Positions 25,868 through 40,029 are shown, numbered from the stretch's first letter. The stretch is DNA of 64,000 bases from Eledone cirrhosa (GCA_964016885.1 OZ024741.1:232438001-232502000), one strand, 5' to 3'. Notes: generated by a model from the sequence alone, not told the origin. A program made the numbers and translations.

Positions 25868-26017
25868 CTAATTTTCCCAAGTATATAGATTGGTTTGGAA
25901 GTTAACACAAATGTCAATGCCACTGTTACTAAATCCAAGACTGTAAATTTAAAGATGGCGGTCGATGTTCAAATAGACGTTGTCAGTGTGGTTATGATGG
26001 TCCAACATGTCAAATAC
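25868..26017 (+). pseudogene. EGF-like (MEGF-type) exon with two in-frame TAA stops
   Basis: ttttcAG|...|GTAAGT, 150 nt, phase 1-1; reads NFPKYIDWFGS*HKCQCHCY*IQDCKFKDGGRCSNRRCQCGYDGPTCQI. Confidence 0.75.
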
Positions 26018-26254
26018 GTAAGTCAAATATTTTCAAATTCATATTAATGTGCCTTTATCGTGTGCCCATTGTTCCTACTTGCAAGAGTGCCATTATTAAC
26101 GATTTCCTCATCTTCAGTGGTTCTTGTACTTTATGCTAGTGTACAATTCTAATGTTTATGTTTATGTCAGATTTGCACAAAGAGTTGAATCCCATTTATA
26201 GATTATGTTGTTGGAGATAAATGTGTCCGAAATGATGCTTGTTCCCTTAGCGTC

Positions 26255-27977
26255 ACTGATGCTCAGAAAAAGGAGGCCTGGAAATGTCAATATAAGAGAC
26301 TGATGAATGTTGAGAATGAATGGGAGAGAGAGAGAAAAATCCAACAGGCCAACCAGAGGGTCCAGCTTTTGAGATTGATGAGTGTAGGATCAAAGAGGCA
26401 TTTAAAGACATGAAAAATGGTAAGGCCGCTAGATCGTCAGGGGTAGTTACTGAGAAGCTGAAGGTATCAGGAGAAGTGGAAACTAAACTGGTTGCACGCA
26501 TAATCAATCAAGCTATATATGGCGGAGTCATATCCAAAGACTGGTGCTGCAGTATATTTGTAAATTGCTACAAAGGTAAAGGGGATTCTCTGGAGAGGAG
26601 CAATTATAGGGGCATAAAACTGATGGATCAGGTTACGAAAGAGACAGAAAAAATGCTAGCACAACTTATTAGAGAAAGAGTCAAATTAGATGAGATGCAG
26701 TTTGGTTTTGTGCCTGGGAAAAGTACAACAGGGGCTTTCTTCTTAGTGAGAAAACTACGAGTGAGGTCCTTAGAGAAGAATAAACAATAGAGTCTGTCAT
26801 TTGGTGGTCTCTAAAGAAACAAGGTGTAGAGGAATGGCTTGTGATGACTGTGCAAGCTATGTACAGAGGAGCTGTCAGTAAAGTGAGATTAGTAATGTAT
26901 TTTAGTGAGGAAATCCAGATACAAGTAGGAGTTCATCAGTTTTTTTCGGTTCTCAACCCACTCTTATTCGTTATAGTTCTCCAAGTCATAACAGAGGAGT
27001 TTAAGACTGCCCATGGGAACTTCTCTGTGTGACGATCTGGTACTTATATCAGAACTAGTAGAGGAGCTAGAAAATAAATTCCGGCTAGGGAAACAGCAGT
27101 GGGAATCAAGAGGACTGAGAGTGAACCTAGCAAAACTAAGTTGTTGAAAAGCAGGAAAGATTTCCATCAGGGAGATGGTAATGTTCGATATGTAGAAAAG
27201 GAGTTGGCATAAACTCTATAGAATGTACACAATGCAGATATTGGGTACACAAGAGGTGTAGTGAGATAGCAGGCAAGGGAAAACTTCATATGTAGTAGAT
27301 GTTCAGGGAAATTTGATAGTAGAAGTGTCAGTGATAGGCACATTTTTCAAATGTAGGTAGAATCTATAGAGGTGGTTGATAGCTCCCGATATATAGGTGA
27401 TAAGATTAGCAAGGGAGGAAGATGCTCCAAGGCCATAGTATCTAGAATAAGGGCAGGATGTAAGAAATTTAGGGAGCTGCTTACTCTGTTCAAAACGAAG
27501 GGTTTCTCCCTACGAACGAAAGGTCAAATATATGATGCTTGAGTGAAAAGCGCGATGCTGAGACATAGGCAGCAACTGCTGAGAATATGCGACGGCTGAA
27601 GAGAAATGAAGCAAGCATGCTCCGATGGATGTGCAATGTCAATGTGCATGAACGACCAAGCTTAAATGAGTTGAGAGTGAAACTGTGTATATGAAGGATA
27701 AATTGTAGTGTGCGGGAGAGGAGCCTGAGTAGGTATCGCCATGTGATGCGCATGAAAAATGACCGCTGGGTGAAGAGGTGCCAAAAGATCATGGTGAAGG
27801 AAGATCCATTAGAGGAAGAGCACGAAAAACATGGGCGGAGGAGCTGAGAGATGACCTCAGATCGCTGAAACTCACAGAGAAGATTACGAAGGACCGTGAC
27901 GAATGAAGAGATGTTGTGCTGAAAATGACCCGTCTCACCCTTTCAAGGAAAGTCGGACGTAGAATGATGATGATGAC
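26255..27977 (+). mobile_element. 5'-truncated RTE-clade (BovB-like) LINE
   Basis: YKGKGDSLERSNYRGIKL; QFGFVPGKSTT; GVHQ..VLNPLLF; tail GGACGTAGAATGATGATGATG. Confidence 0.88.
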
Positions 27978-28654
27978 TCATTCTAAATAAATCCAGTACC
28001 TCATATATTCATATATTTACGTTTTATATGTAAATAACATGTCAGCTCAGGCATTTGGGTACATTTCCATGGATTTATTAAAAGATGCATAAGTCATGAA
28101 AGAAGAACTTTTTTAGAGAAGAAATTGACATGAATAATCGTTATACACGTTTTGACGCATCTACTCGATTGTGTCTGCCGTTAGCAGTGATGCCGGCTTC
28201 ATTATGAAGAATGACAATTTGACATGTACGAATCAGATGATCTTTATTTATTTTAGACTTTGTGCCAATTATGCGGACTTCAGAGATGTTATAGCATTAA
28301 TTGACTTCCCACTCGACTGCACCACATACGTCTAACCGATTCAGGTCTGGAGAGCTAGGAAATCATTTTTGTGGAGTTACGTGATCGGGATGAATATAAC
28401 TCATCCATGATTTGCTCGTCTTGGCCTTCTGAGACGGCGCAAAATATTGTTGGGAGGTGTACAATCCGTTTTTGCAAACGCTCTAAATCAAAGGCCTCAC
28501 ATCCATACCACCATTCCATTTTAGTCAGCTGAATTGGCCCTTAAGAACCGAGGGAAGCAATGAAGAGGCGTGACTTCTGCCTCGATGCTCACAAGTACCA
28601 GAACCATTATAGATGTCGGGAGTGTTGCGTGCATGGCCATCGGACCATGTTCAG

Positions 28655-31600
28655 AGTCACTCAAAAACATCTATCCATCCTGGGTCGATCTCCACTATGA
28701 ACTTTGGCCGATAGCCGGATTTGTTCTACAGACGACAACACCCGCTCGACATAACTCCGCAAGTCAGTAATGCACGGACACTGGACGAGTGCGTGCAGAT
28801 CCGTTTCGTCATTCTGCGCGCATCTCGGGCAGGTCCCTCTGACAGCACTTCCATTTATCCTAGAACTCGGTAGTGGAAGTTCCACTACAGGACTTCCCGC
28901 ATGGTAGAGGGCAGTAAGGGTTTGGCAACATTCCAGTTGTCAGACACCCAGTATCGGTCCCTCCTTGACGCAGCACTGCAGCTCAGTCAAAGAGACGAGC
29001 TGCAGAAAAGCCCGTCTGACAAACGGTGACCACAGTAGAGATTCCGCAGCCTCATCACATGTCTGCGTATTATTAGCCACGGCATTCCCAGCCCTCCACG
29101 TAGAGGGTACTGGCAGCAGATAGACCACCTCACCTACGGAACCTGTTACCTCTACAAGAATTTGAAGAGGAGCCGTTGCAGCTTGATGAGGCAGGGACGG
29201 GGCAAGAGACGACCTTCAGGCAGTAGAAGATGACGGACCTGATGTACGCGTTCACCACCTCTAACCGACCTCTCAGGGATAGCTTATTTGCAGCCCATTT
29301 CTGAGTGAGACTGACTACCATACCCCTCATTACGTCCCAATTTTTATCCACATAGAGGTCGGGCCAAAGCATAACCCGAACAACTGTCTGTCCGTCCGGC
29401 GCTCAACGACGCTGTTGGACGGCATGGACTTGCCTCTTCAGGTGCCGAGTTGTAAGCCCACTGACATTGCCGGGTTAAATTTCGCTCCCCTCAACCGTTC
29501 ATATTCCTTCAATCAGTTGCGAACACCTCAATTTCCGAGGTGTCCGACACCTTCACCGTGATATGGTCCGCATAAGCCAACAAAGGCTTTCTACGTCCCG
29601 GTTCGAGCGGGATGCCCTGCAACAGTTCCAGCTTCTGCAGTAAATGCTCGAGACTCAATACGTACAGAAGGGAGGAGAGAGGGCACTCTTGACGAATCGA
29701 TCGGGAGATTTGAAACGGTTCTGAGAGGTGGCCATTAACTTTGACCATCGAGCAGATGCCGCTGTGCATTACAGCGATCAATCTTCTTAAGACGAGGCCC
29801 AGGCCAGCCCGCATTGAGGACAGTCACCAGGTACCGATGGTCGGCCCTATGATTTCGATTCATCTAAATTGATCAGAGCCCCATCGAAGCCAGGTTTACA
29901 CCCTACCCTCTCTATGATATATCTCATGAGGTGGAGGTCGTTGTGTATATACCTCTTTGTGAATTTGCAGGTTTGCACCTTCCCAACCAGATCTTCGATG
30001 ACAAGCGCCAACTTCTTCGCTAACACCTTGTCCAAAATCTTACATTCTGTGTTCAGCAGAGTTATGGATCCGAAATTATCTAATATGTCCTCTTGTTCGG
30101 GTCTTTCCTTATCAGCGTCACTTCGCCCCGGCTCAAAGAACTGGGAATACTCCCGTTCTGTTGCCAGTTGCAATAGAGCGTTTCGAGGAGATTGGAGAAC
30201 CATCTCGTATATTTACGTAAAGCAAGTAGGGGAGACCATTCAAACCGGGTGTCTTGAGCTTCGTGCAGCCGACAAGAGCATCCTGAAATTTGGCGGAAGT
30301 TATCGGCCTTTTGCAGTGCTCAGCGTCTGCCGTCGAGAGGCACTGCAAGCCGTCTAGGTAGGAAGTGAAGTCCGCCACCATCTCTGATTCGCCACTTCCC
30401 TCGAACAACGGAGCAAAATGTATGTGAAAGGCCGCACACATCCGCCTGGAATCGCTCAGCTCGTGTTTTTCTCGGTCCGTCAAAGACCAAATTGTGGTTT
30501 TATTACCTCGCTGGATTCTGCCAGGCGGGCCCATTGAACAGCTTTGGTTCCCTCGTTTCTCAGAGCACACACCTTAGCTCTGACAATGCAACATTCGTAT
30601 TTCGCATTGAAGAAATGGTCTAATGCTAATCTCACCGCTAGCACGTCAGTTGCAATGCCACTAGAAATAGCCTCGACTAATTTATCTACCAGCTCCCCCT
30701 CCTTTCTATTTTTCTCTAACGCTACTTCTTTGCTAAAACCTATCGAAATTACTCAAATCTCTCTTTCGGGAGCACTCCTACCATCTGTTGTTGATGACCC
30801 CCCCCCCCCCATGTCACTTTCGCTGAACTAAATTGTTGACCCGGTTCCTGTAAGCTTTACGTGCAGGAAATGTCATGTTCAGCTTCCAGTAACCAGCTCC
30901 TAACCTACGCGTCGTATCTAGATCGACCATACAGATCACAAACTTGTGGTCTGAATAGGCGACCGTATGTAATTTTCGGCACACTATACTATTTTTGTCC
31001 ACTAATCTAATTAGAAATCTATCTAAGTACGATCTAGATGTCCCTAAATGGTTTGTCCAGGTCCACAGTGGCACATCGGGGAAATCTTGTCGGTACCTGT
31101 CAGACAGTTGGAACTGGCTGATCAGGTACTTGAGGCTTTTGCACACACACACACACACACACACACACCTCTCTTATCGGCTACTCCCTCACAATCCCAG
31201 CGTGCGTCTAAGATACCGTTCCAGTCCCCCGCTAACAGTAAATGGCGCGATGTAACAAGAAAGGCTTCCAGGCGTCTAAAGAAGTCAGGCCGTCCGGCCC
31301 TGGCAGGGGTGTAGACGGCCACCAGTCTAAAGGCACCACCTTCCCTATTCAGGACCACCAACTTACCGACCGGGTCCCGAAAGATCGACCTTAGCTTGGC
31401 CTTTCCTAAGCAGCACTGCCACCTCACCTCATGTTACAAGGGCCATGAGTTAGTTGTTGGCCTTCCTTAGTAACACGAAGTTGGCTGTGTCTGTTGTTCT
31501 TGGTGTCTGTGTGTTTTATCTTATGTTTGAGTAGACATGTGCTTGGGGAGGTGTTGTTGATGGTTGTTGAGTAAGTGTTGCTCTGGGTGTGTCTGTATTT

Positions 31601-33330
31601 GTTGTGTGTTTGTTTTGTATGCTTTTTGGTGTGAGTGGAGTTGGATTTTTCTTTTACTTTTTGTGCTTTCGTTTTTGCTTTTTAGGTTTTGGGGGTTCCC
31701 CCTCATGTTCAGTCGGAGAAATGAGGAACTGGTGTCTGGGGACTCTGTGTCAGAGGGGAGTGGGAGTGTGTTTACGGGTGTGTGCGTTTTGCTCTGTGTG
31801 TATGTGTTTGAAAGAGGGGGAGGGAGAGCTTGTTTGAGCGCCAACATGAGTGGATATATTTGTCCTTGTTAATGGTGCTGTTTCATTTTCTGTTGCTGCT
31901 GGTATTATCCCTCCTCCCGACACAGGTGTAGGCAGCTACGGAGGCTTGCGGCCCCATGCAGGTTTCAATTGGGGGCAAAAGTCTCTGGACTTCCTGGATT
32001 TTGTACCCGTCCGGTAGTTTGATGTGGTCCGGTATGCTTTTAATGTCTTCAGGACTGATTTGAAGAAGAATCTCCAAACCACCTTTCTCTCTATCTTTGT
32101 AAATTTAACGTCGAGGAGGTGTCAGGGCCCTCTACCACAACGCATCCCAGGAGCCAGCATAAATCCAGTACTGGCGGAATCCTGGGAATGGAGACTTACT
32201 CTTCTCCTCCCTATGGAGGACGGGTATAAAAAGATTTGGTCCATTTTGCAGGGGACCACAGAAAACTTTATAGCAAAGGCCTCAGTTTTGAAAAGCACCA
32301 AGATGACCCCGAATGTCTGGCCCTTGTTATATGGTCTATATTGTCATTATCGATGTATTTCATTGCTGCCTCTACCTGTCCTTCGGAGGTATTCTCGGCT
32401 TTTCGAGATTTGACCGAAATGCATCGATATTTCAAAGTCCTCCTCTACTTTGCTGCTATTACATCTGCCAGGAGGTTTAAATTGGGCCAGCTTTTCTCTC
32501 GTGTACAAATGTTTCCACTCGAGCCAAACCTTCCTTTTTCACTGTAAGGTCCAAATCGTACAGTGTTTGGCTTTTTGCTACAATGGCCGCGATAGTACTC
32601 CTTTGGCTGATGCTGTTGTTGATGTTCTTTTTATTGTTGCTGTTTTGCTGTTTTTCGTTAACTATACTGTTGTTGGTGTTGTCGTCGTTCTTGTCGTTGT
32701 TGGTGGTGTTGTCGTTGCTGTTGGTGTTGCTTTTGTTGTTGATGTTGTCGTTGTTCTTGTTGGTGTTGTTGCTGTTATCACTGTTGCAGTTGGTTATATC
32801 TTTGGTGCCGCTTGTTGTTCCCAGTGCAGTTGGTATTGTTGCTGTTGGTGCTGTCACTGTTTATGTTCTTGTTAATGGTGATCATTTTGTTGTCATTATT
32901 TCTGTTGTCTAGGGCGGTGGATTGGCAGTATCGGTAGAGGGTCGGACACCATGCTTTGCAGCATAGTTACGGCCCTTTACGGTCTGAGTTCAAATCCCGC
33001 CGAGGTCAAATTTGCCTTTCATCCTTACGGGGCTGATAAAATAAAGTAGCAGTCACGCACTGGGGTCGATTTAATCGACTTTCCCCTCCCTCAAAATTGC
33101 TGGCCTTGTGCCTATATAAGAAACCATTATTTCTGTTGTCTGTCTTTTGTTTGTCTCTGTTACTGCTGTTGTTGGTATCGTCGTTTTTTTTTTTAAGGTT
33201 ATTGTTCTCAATACCGATGTTGTTGCTGTAGTTGTTCATTTTGTTTGTGGTGGTGTTGTTCAATATGTTTGTAGAATAAATTATTATGTTTGCCGTTTCC
33301 TTCAACGTTTACGCCGCTGTCACATGCCAG
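28655..33330 (-). mobile_element. Tx1/L1-type LINE relic (ORF1 with an N/T-rich N-terminus; APE, RT, zf-RVT)
   Basis: LAGDWN; SYLDRF; YSDHK; GYWKLN; TPGLNGLPY; ITLLNTECKIL.K; SIRQECPLSSLLY; AYAD; CPRC...ET..H.L..CP. Confidence 0.9.
32912..33130 (+). mobile_element. tRNA-derived SINE (long form) inserted in Tx1 ORF1, target duplication CATTATTTCTGTTGTCT
   Basis: 17-bp direct repeat on both sides. Confidence 0.92.
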
Positions 33331-33599
33331 CAGACTTAAACTTGGAAGACGTAGCTCAGGCATTTTCTTTTTCCAGAATGTATTTTTTTTTTTTTTTTTC
33401 ACAAATTTCAAATATTTGGGCCAAAAGGCCCAAATAGTATACAGTTACCCCTTCACAGGGCAAAGACGGATGTCTTACGACCCTTTTCGAGGAATGCAAC
33501 AATTATTATAAATGAAAATAAACAGAAAATGTACCACTGTTGTGGAGCTCCAAAAACACGTCTACACAGTCTGACAGCCAACAATATTAATAATAATAA

Positions 33600-35230
33600 A
33601 TTTATCAATTGCTTGGATAGATTACAAAACAACATTTGATAAGTTTCCCCACAGTTGGATTGAAAAGTGTTTAGATATTTTCAAAATATCTTCTGTTGTC
33701 AGTAGGTTCCTGTCATTCAGTACAAAAGTATGGAAAACAACACTCCATTTGAACAGTGAAGAAAAATTACTGGAAGCTGGAGAAGTTGATATTAATTGTG
33801 GAATTTTTCAGGGTGACTCTTTATCACAGCTTTTAATCTGCATCACCCTTATACCATTAAGTATTATGCCTAATGAAACAAAACAGGATATAATGTCTAT
33901 GACAAAACCCTTAATCATTTGTTCTACATGGATGATCTGAACCTATTTGCAAAAGATTATGAGCAATTGTAAGGGCTATTATCCATTGTGAAACAGTTCA
34001 ATGATGATATTAGAATGGAGTTTGGACAAGATAAATGCGCCAATGCCACGTTCAACAGAGGAAAGCTGCTGAGAAATTCAGACATTACTCTTGATCGGGG
34101 GAATGTGATAAGAGAACTTGATCAAGAAGAAACTTATAAATATCTAGGTGTTAGTGAAGGAAGCGGAATCAAGCACTCGACAATGAGGATAAAAGTTAAG
34201 GAAGGAATGTTACCGCAGATTAAGAGCAATTTTAAGAACTGAGTTGAATGCAAGGAATAGGATCGATGCCATAAACACGCTTTTCATACAAGTAGTAACT
34301 TACACTTTCAACGTCATCAACTGGTCAAGCACAGAGAGCTGTAGGCTTGATACGAAAATTAGAAAATGATTAACAAGGCTTATACAGATAGAATATATCT
34401 CCCTAGGAAAGAAGTAGGACGTGGATTAACCCAGTTATATATTTTTTTGAAAACTGCAACAATTGGATTATCTACATATCTAAGGGAAGCATATGATTGG
34501 ATGATCAAACTCGTTTTGAAGCATTAAAATAACAAAATATCATACTCCATTACAAAAGATGCACATAGATAGAGTAATGAACTATAACTTTCAGAAGTTC
34601 CCTTTACTGCTGAAAAGAAAAACACAGAAAAAGCAAAGCTGTTACAATTAACTGCAAAGAAAGTTCTACTAAAGAAACTGGCTAAGATATGACAAGAAAA
34701 GCCTCTGTATAAAAAATACCCAGACTATCCTGATATTGAGAAAAGTTTAACCCATCAGTGGTTGGCATCATCTGGACTGAAAGCGGAGACTGAAGGTTTG
34801 ATTATATCAGCACAAGATCAGTGTCTGCCAACATCATACAAAATGGATGCAACCTATTATGCCGTGTATGTAAAAAAAACAACCAGACCACATTGATCAT
34901 ATAATCTATGTGCAGTCCTATAGCTCCAAACGAATACCTAAACTGGTACAACAGAGCTGCACAATACATACATTGGGTAATGCCTAAGTATTTTAACCTG
35001 CCCCATCAAAAGAATTGGAGGTCACATCTCAATTTTGTGGAACTTAAGCATTTAAACAGATCGAAAAATAGATGCATATATACCTGATATAATACTGAAT
35101 GACTTTACAAAAAGAGTATGACTGCTAATTGACATGAGCGTTCCTGTAGACAAGAATATATTTATAAAACATTTGGAAAATTGAGCCAGAATAAATACCT
35201 GGAGATAGAGATTGGGAAAATGTGGAAGTG
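33600..35230 (+). mobile_element. R4/Dong-type LINE fragment (RT to RLE)
   Basis: GIFQGDSLS; YMDDL.LF; MEFGQDKC; YKYLG; LKAETEGLI.SAQDQ; closely similar to 59600-61298. Confidence 0.88.
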
Positions 35231-35380
35231 AGACGTGGTAGGCCATCGAGCTAGGAACTGAAATCTGCTATTGTCTCCTTCCCCCCCCCCCCCCGAGTAC
35301 TCGATCAAAGTGTTGGCGAAAGGCCGCACACGTCTTTCTGGAAACGTTCAGCATGAGTTCGTTTCGGTCGGTCAAAGACG
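35231..35380 (-). mobile_element. Tx1-type fragment fused to the Dong copy
   Basis: SLTDRNEL....RKTCAAFRQHFDR; same junction as 61299. Confidence 0.75.
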
Positions 35381-35949
35381 TTGAAAGCCACGGCAATGTG
35401 AAATGGACCAATAAAGAGTGAAACAAGATGTTATGTGTTTTAACTGAATTCATTTATATATCTTTATACTTCGAGATTAACATTTCCGAGGACAATAACA
35501 GGGACTAATCCAATGTCCCAAGAAGCTCTATACTATGCTGGCGGAAGTGGTTATCTAATTTCTTTCTTTTTCAACCGCATTTGTTTTAATAAAATTAAAG
35601 ATCTTGGCAGGCCAAAGTCGGCACTGAAATATTTCCCTTTCAATCTACGTAAACATACACGCTGGCACACTCATACATGCATATATGTGTGTGTAAGCAT
35701 GCAGACAAATACGCATAAATACATGGATATAATCGAGTAAACACATATACACAATTTCTCACAGATAAATATTCTGGCAGGTGGGTGTCCTCTCACACAA
35801 GCAAATACGCTTATATTACACATATGCACAAATGTACGCGCACTCATGCATATATACACTTAGGTATATAACTTCGCATCTACATGCTCGTTTGCGAACC
35901 CTTGTGTACCCTCACGTGTAACGCCCAGTGGCCTTCTAAGTCAGGTGTT

Positions 35950-37700
35950 GTTTGCCTAGTTCTATGTTAGGTATTGTGTGCTTTATTCTAGGCTATTATT
36001 AATTTGTGGATGTGTTCTGGCTATGATTAATGCGTCCTTTATTCGTAGGTTGCTCATTCCTTTCTCTTGATTCTACATTAGCTGTTATGTTTTTGTTAGT
36101 TCTTTCGGCATTTCTCTAAATGTGTTTTTAATGATGAAGCGTTAGTGTTAATGTAGTCTTTAATTCTGATGTGTAGTTGTCTGGTGGTTCTGCCTATATA
36201 GAAGTCGCTACATTTATCACACTGGACTTGATACATGACGTATGCTAGCTAGCTTATGTCTGTGTTATCAATGGGGCAGTTGGCCAGTGTGCAGTGTCTG
36301 TTGTGATCTTTAGATCGTTTCCTAGATAGTTGTTCGCGTAGTGAGGTCTCGCATGAGCTAATTGTAAGTCTAGTCTTTCTCTTCGGATGGATTTTTGGAT
36401 GGCTGTTGTGTCATAAATGAAATGTGGAAGCTTCATGAGGTAGGTGCTGTTGGAGTTCGTGCTTCGAACGTGGTGTTTCTGTTACGTATTGCGCTGTCGT
36501 CAGACAGGTGTCGGAAATATAAATAATGGTTTTGTTTGTGGCTTGTGATATGCCTGCTGTAACCTGAATGACGAATACCTCCTCCACATTTTCTCGCATT
36601 ATATAGTAGTCATCTTTATTTGAAGAAGCTCTTATTTACAATACAATGCGTTTTCCTTTCTTTTGATATTGGACTAGTTTTGAAACTACTCTGGACATCT
36701 CCTAATCACTTCTTATGCTTCTTAGAGTTTTTATGCTTGATTGTCAATCATGTTGTAGGCTTTCGTCTCCCTCCATTGGTAATATTTTTTTTTTTACCAG
36801 CAGAAATGCTTTCTATGGGTTATTTTTAGAATTATTAACCTTAACGTCCTCGCATTACTCAGATATCCATTGCTGCTCGCTTGACTACTAACATTTTACC
36901 TTTAAAATCTCTATTGATGAAAGAAAATATATGTCCTACATTCTGTCGTCCTTCCTTTCTTTCCACATTTCGCTTCATCTGACTTTCATGTCCAGAATAA
37001 CATTTGTGGCCTCCCGTTTTGGATTTGCAGCAGATGTTTCCTAGAATCTCATTATATCTCATTGTTGTGGCATTGATAAATATTAGTTTGACAGCCACGA
37101 AGTTACCTTTGAAATGTAGCGGTGAAAATGTTCACCGAATCGTTAACAGAGGTTCTTCAGTGATAACATGATTTTGAGATTTTCAAGAGTGGATCTCAGG
37201 GTACAGCTTTTTAGCATGCAGATTCTCCACAGGGGCACTCCGAAGTTTTTCTGGACAAGGTCATGGTCTCTAATTAGAACTATTCTTGAGAATATGCTTG
37301 TCCTCTGTCTATGTACTCCAGTTTTAATGTACTGGACCTATATATTGTAAAATTGATGGCATTGTAATCTTCACATCGTAGTCATCCAGTATGATCATTA
37401 TGTCTTTTGTAAATTTCGTCAATGACATCAAGAAATTCTGTATAGAATTTTTCAATATGTTCCTACTCCATAGTCTATTCTTGGGGCATAGTTGTCTGCT
37501 AACTTTACGTTGAACGTCAATTACTGTAAGCTGGTAATCATCTACTTGATATTGTATCTTCTACTTGATATTGTTTATCGCCATATTATGGTAGATGTCT
37601 TGACTTACACTTTTATGATGCTTTCCGGTAAATTAGAGTACACGCCCATCTAATTCCAGGATGGGCATTTACTCGTGGTTGATTGAGTTTATCTGGGAGC
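35950..37700 (-). mobile_element. Highly decayed Penelope-like element
   Basis: AQYVTETPRSKHE..QH resembles the YIGET.R...R..EH GIY-YIG motif; upstream RT motifs barely recognisable. Confidence 0.4.
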
Positions 37701-37873
37701 TTTTTTCAATCATGGCCGGTGAGGTTGTCACTAAATCATACGCCCAGTGATGCCGTGGTAACAGCACCTCTTCTGTATTTTATACTTATATACATATATA
37801 ATGGCTACCCCTTCGTTATCGAGAATGGCCATTGCAAGATATAACATTATTAATCATTATCTATTAAATGCTA

Positions 37874-38063
37874 GGGCGGTGGATTGGCAGTATAGGTAGA
37901 GGGTCGGACGCCATGCTTTCCAACATAGTTACGTCCCTTTACGGTCCGAGTTCAAATCCCGTCGAGGTTGACTTTGCCTTTCATCCTTATGGGGTCGATA
38001 AAATAAAGTGCCAGTAATGCACTGCGTAATTGCTGGCCTTGTGCCTAAAGTAGAAACAATTAT
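37874..38063 (+). mobile_element. tRNA-derived SINE with target duplication ATTATCTATTA(A)ATGCT
   Basis: Consensus match plus flanking direct repeat. Confidence 0.9.
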
Positions 38064-38584
38064 CTATTAATGCTACCGTTCAATGCCTGTGCGTGGAGAT
38101 TTTTTTAATGTGATGAAAGACTGTGCACTGAGCCAATCCCACTCTCTGAGCGACAGTAAATATAACCCGAAAAGAACAAAAGATCAACATCATAGGTAAC
38201 TATTGAGCCGCATACTTTATGCCGGAGTTATCCCAGTTTCCTGAGTTGCCTTCTCCTAGAAGAATGCTCTGACAAAGTCTAGTGGTCCTTCACTCCCAGT
38301 GGCTGAACCACGCGATCGGGTATCCAGCCCGGTTATTTCTATGTCCCCGCACATAGGTATACATATGTATACATGCATATACATATGCACATATATATAT
38401 ATATATTTACGCATTTTTGGATGGCTGTTGACTCTTATGAGTTCTTCCGCCCTTTGTCAGGTTTTCATTTTTGTCCTGCGGGGTGTCCAAAATCACCCTC
38501 CTCACCAAGTAAACTTGGTGGGGTTGTCAGTTTAGTCACTGACGACCCGACCATGCGACAGGTTGTACTGGGTTACATATTACC

Positions 38585-38613
38585 ACACACAAACACATAA
38601 ACACACACACATC

Positions 38614-38695
<82 letters not shown>

Positions 38696-38710
38696 TAGAT
38701 AGATAGAGAT

Positions 38711-38789
<79 letters not shown>

Positions 38790-38790
38790 G
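38585..38790. repeat. Compound (CA)n(TA)n(GATA)n microsatellite
   Basis: Directly visible. Confidence 0.95.
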
Positions 38791-39515
38791 AGTGAAATAA
38801 AATAACAAGGACAATTGGTTACTCTTTCATTACGTTTATTGGTTGGTGACACGCCTTTCATCACTAATCAGCTGAAGGTTCGATCTGTATCGTTCTAGCC
38901 TGACTCTGTAAACCGCGCCTCGTCAGACTACTTATAACACTTATAATGGTAATGGAAGAATGAATATAGATACTGTATGAGAAAGTCTGATGTTCCTATG
39001 GTGGTCAGTGAAGTTTGTTTTGAATGGTGGGTTAATTCATAGGTATGTTTTTGCCTATAGTGTATGTTGATAAGTTGGTGGTGCCGTGCGTAGGTTGTAG
39101 TGGTGTTGGGGTGCTGGTGGTCGCTAGACAGTTTGACATGTATATGTGGCTGATTTTTGTGTGTGGCGTGGGTGTGGTGGTGTTGCGGTTTATGATACGG
39201 GATGAAAGTTTGTGGTGTTTAGGATGGGGTGATATGTGTGGTAGTGGATTGTTAAGGGGGGGGGGGGGGCTCATGTTATATATATATATATATATATATA
39301 TTTCCTGTCAGCATGACATGGCAAGCTATTTAGAACACTGGTTTAACAGCTTTACTTCCCTCCGAAGAAGAGATATTATCTCGAAAATTAAGGACATTTT
39401 CATAAATTTAAGGTAAAAGACTAATTGTCAATAATATCTTTTGCATTTACATTTTTATTCTATGTCCATACCTGCATTGTTTTGGCTTTACAAATACAAA
39501 CGTTTATATATATAT

Positions 39516-39582
<67 letters not shown>

Positions 39583-39589
<7 letters not shown>

Positions 39590-39883
39590 AAATAGAGATG
39601 AAATCGAAAATGCAACTGGAGTCTTATTTTTTTTTAAATATATATATTTATTTGGTTCCTTTACCGGTTTCGCAGTTCTTCTGCTTTTCAAAAGGTGAGT
39701 TGAGATGGAGGGTCTGTGGTTTTTCTTACATCTGATGTGAGAAAAACCACAGACCCTCCATCTCAACTCACCTTTTGAAAAGCAGAAGAACTGCGAAACC
39801 GGTAAAGGAACCAAATAAATATATATATTTAAAAAAAAATAAGACTCCAGTTGCATTTTCGATTTCATCTCTATTTCTTTATA
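39583..39883. repeat. Near-perfect 301-bp palindrome (150-bp arms, 1-nt centre) between (TA)n tracts
   Basis: Arms mirror about T39733, with a single G-T mismatch seen near the centre. Confidence 0.95.
39771..39808 (+). ncRNA. Minimal hammerhead motif, U3-A8 variant (mirror copy on the minus strand at 39658-39695)
   Basis: cctt-TTGAAAA-gcag-aagaa-ctgc-GAAAC-cg-GTA-aagg; all three stems pair. Confidence 0.7.
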
Positions 39884-39939
39884 CTTTCACTCGTGTAGGA
39901 CACCTCGGTTATTTTTCATTTTGTAAAAAAAAAACTCAC

Positions 39940-39996
<57 letters not shown>

Positions 39997-40029
39997 AGAA
40001 GTAGTTCCACAACATTTAGTTCGCCATTA

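Noticed and set aside
28110-28650. Possible decayed exon after the first EGF exon (..FIMKNDNLTCTNQ..); a similar hint at 43450-43760 (..SGDLSDEYATCTN..)
   Set aside because: Stops and frameshifts, unclear splice sites, and no domain recognisable with confidence; needs a translated homology search.
38845-38930. Minus-strand CTGACGA...GAAAGGCGTGTC
   Set aside because: Could not draw consistent stems I-III.
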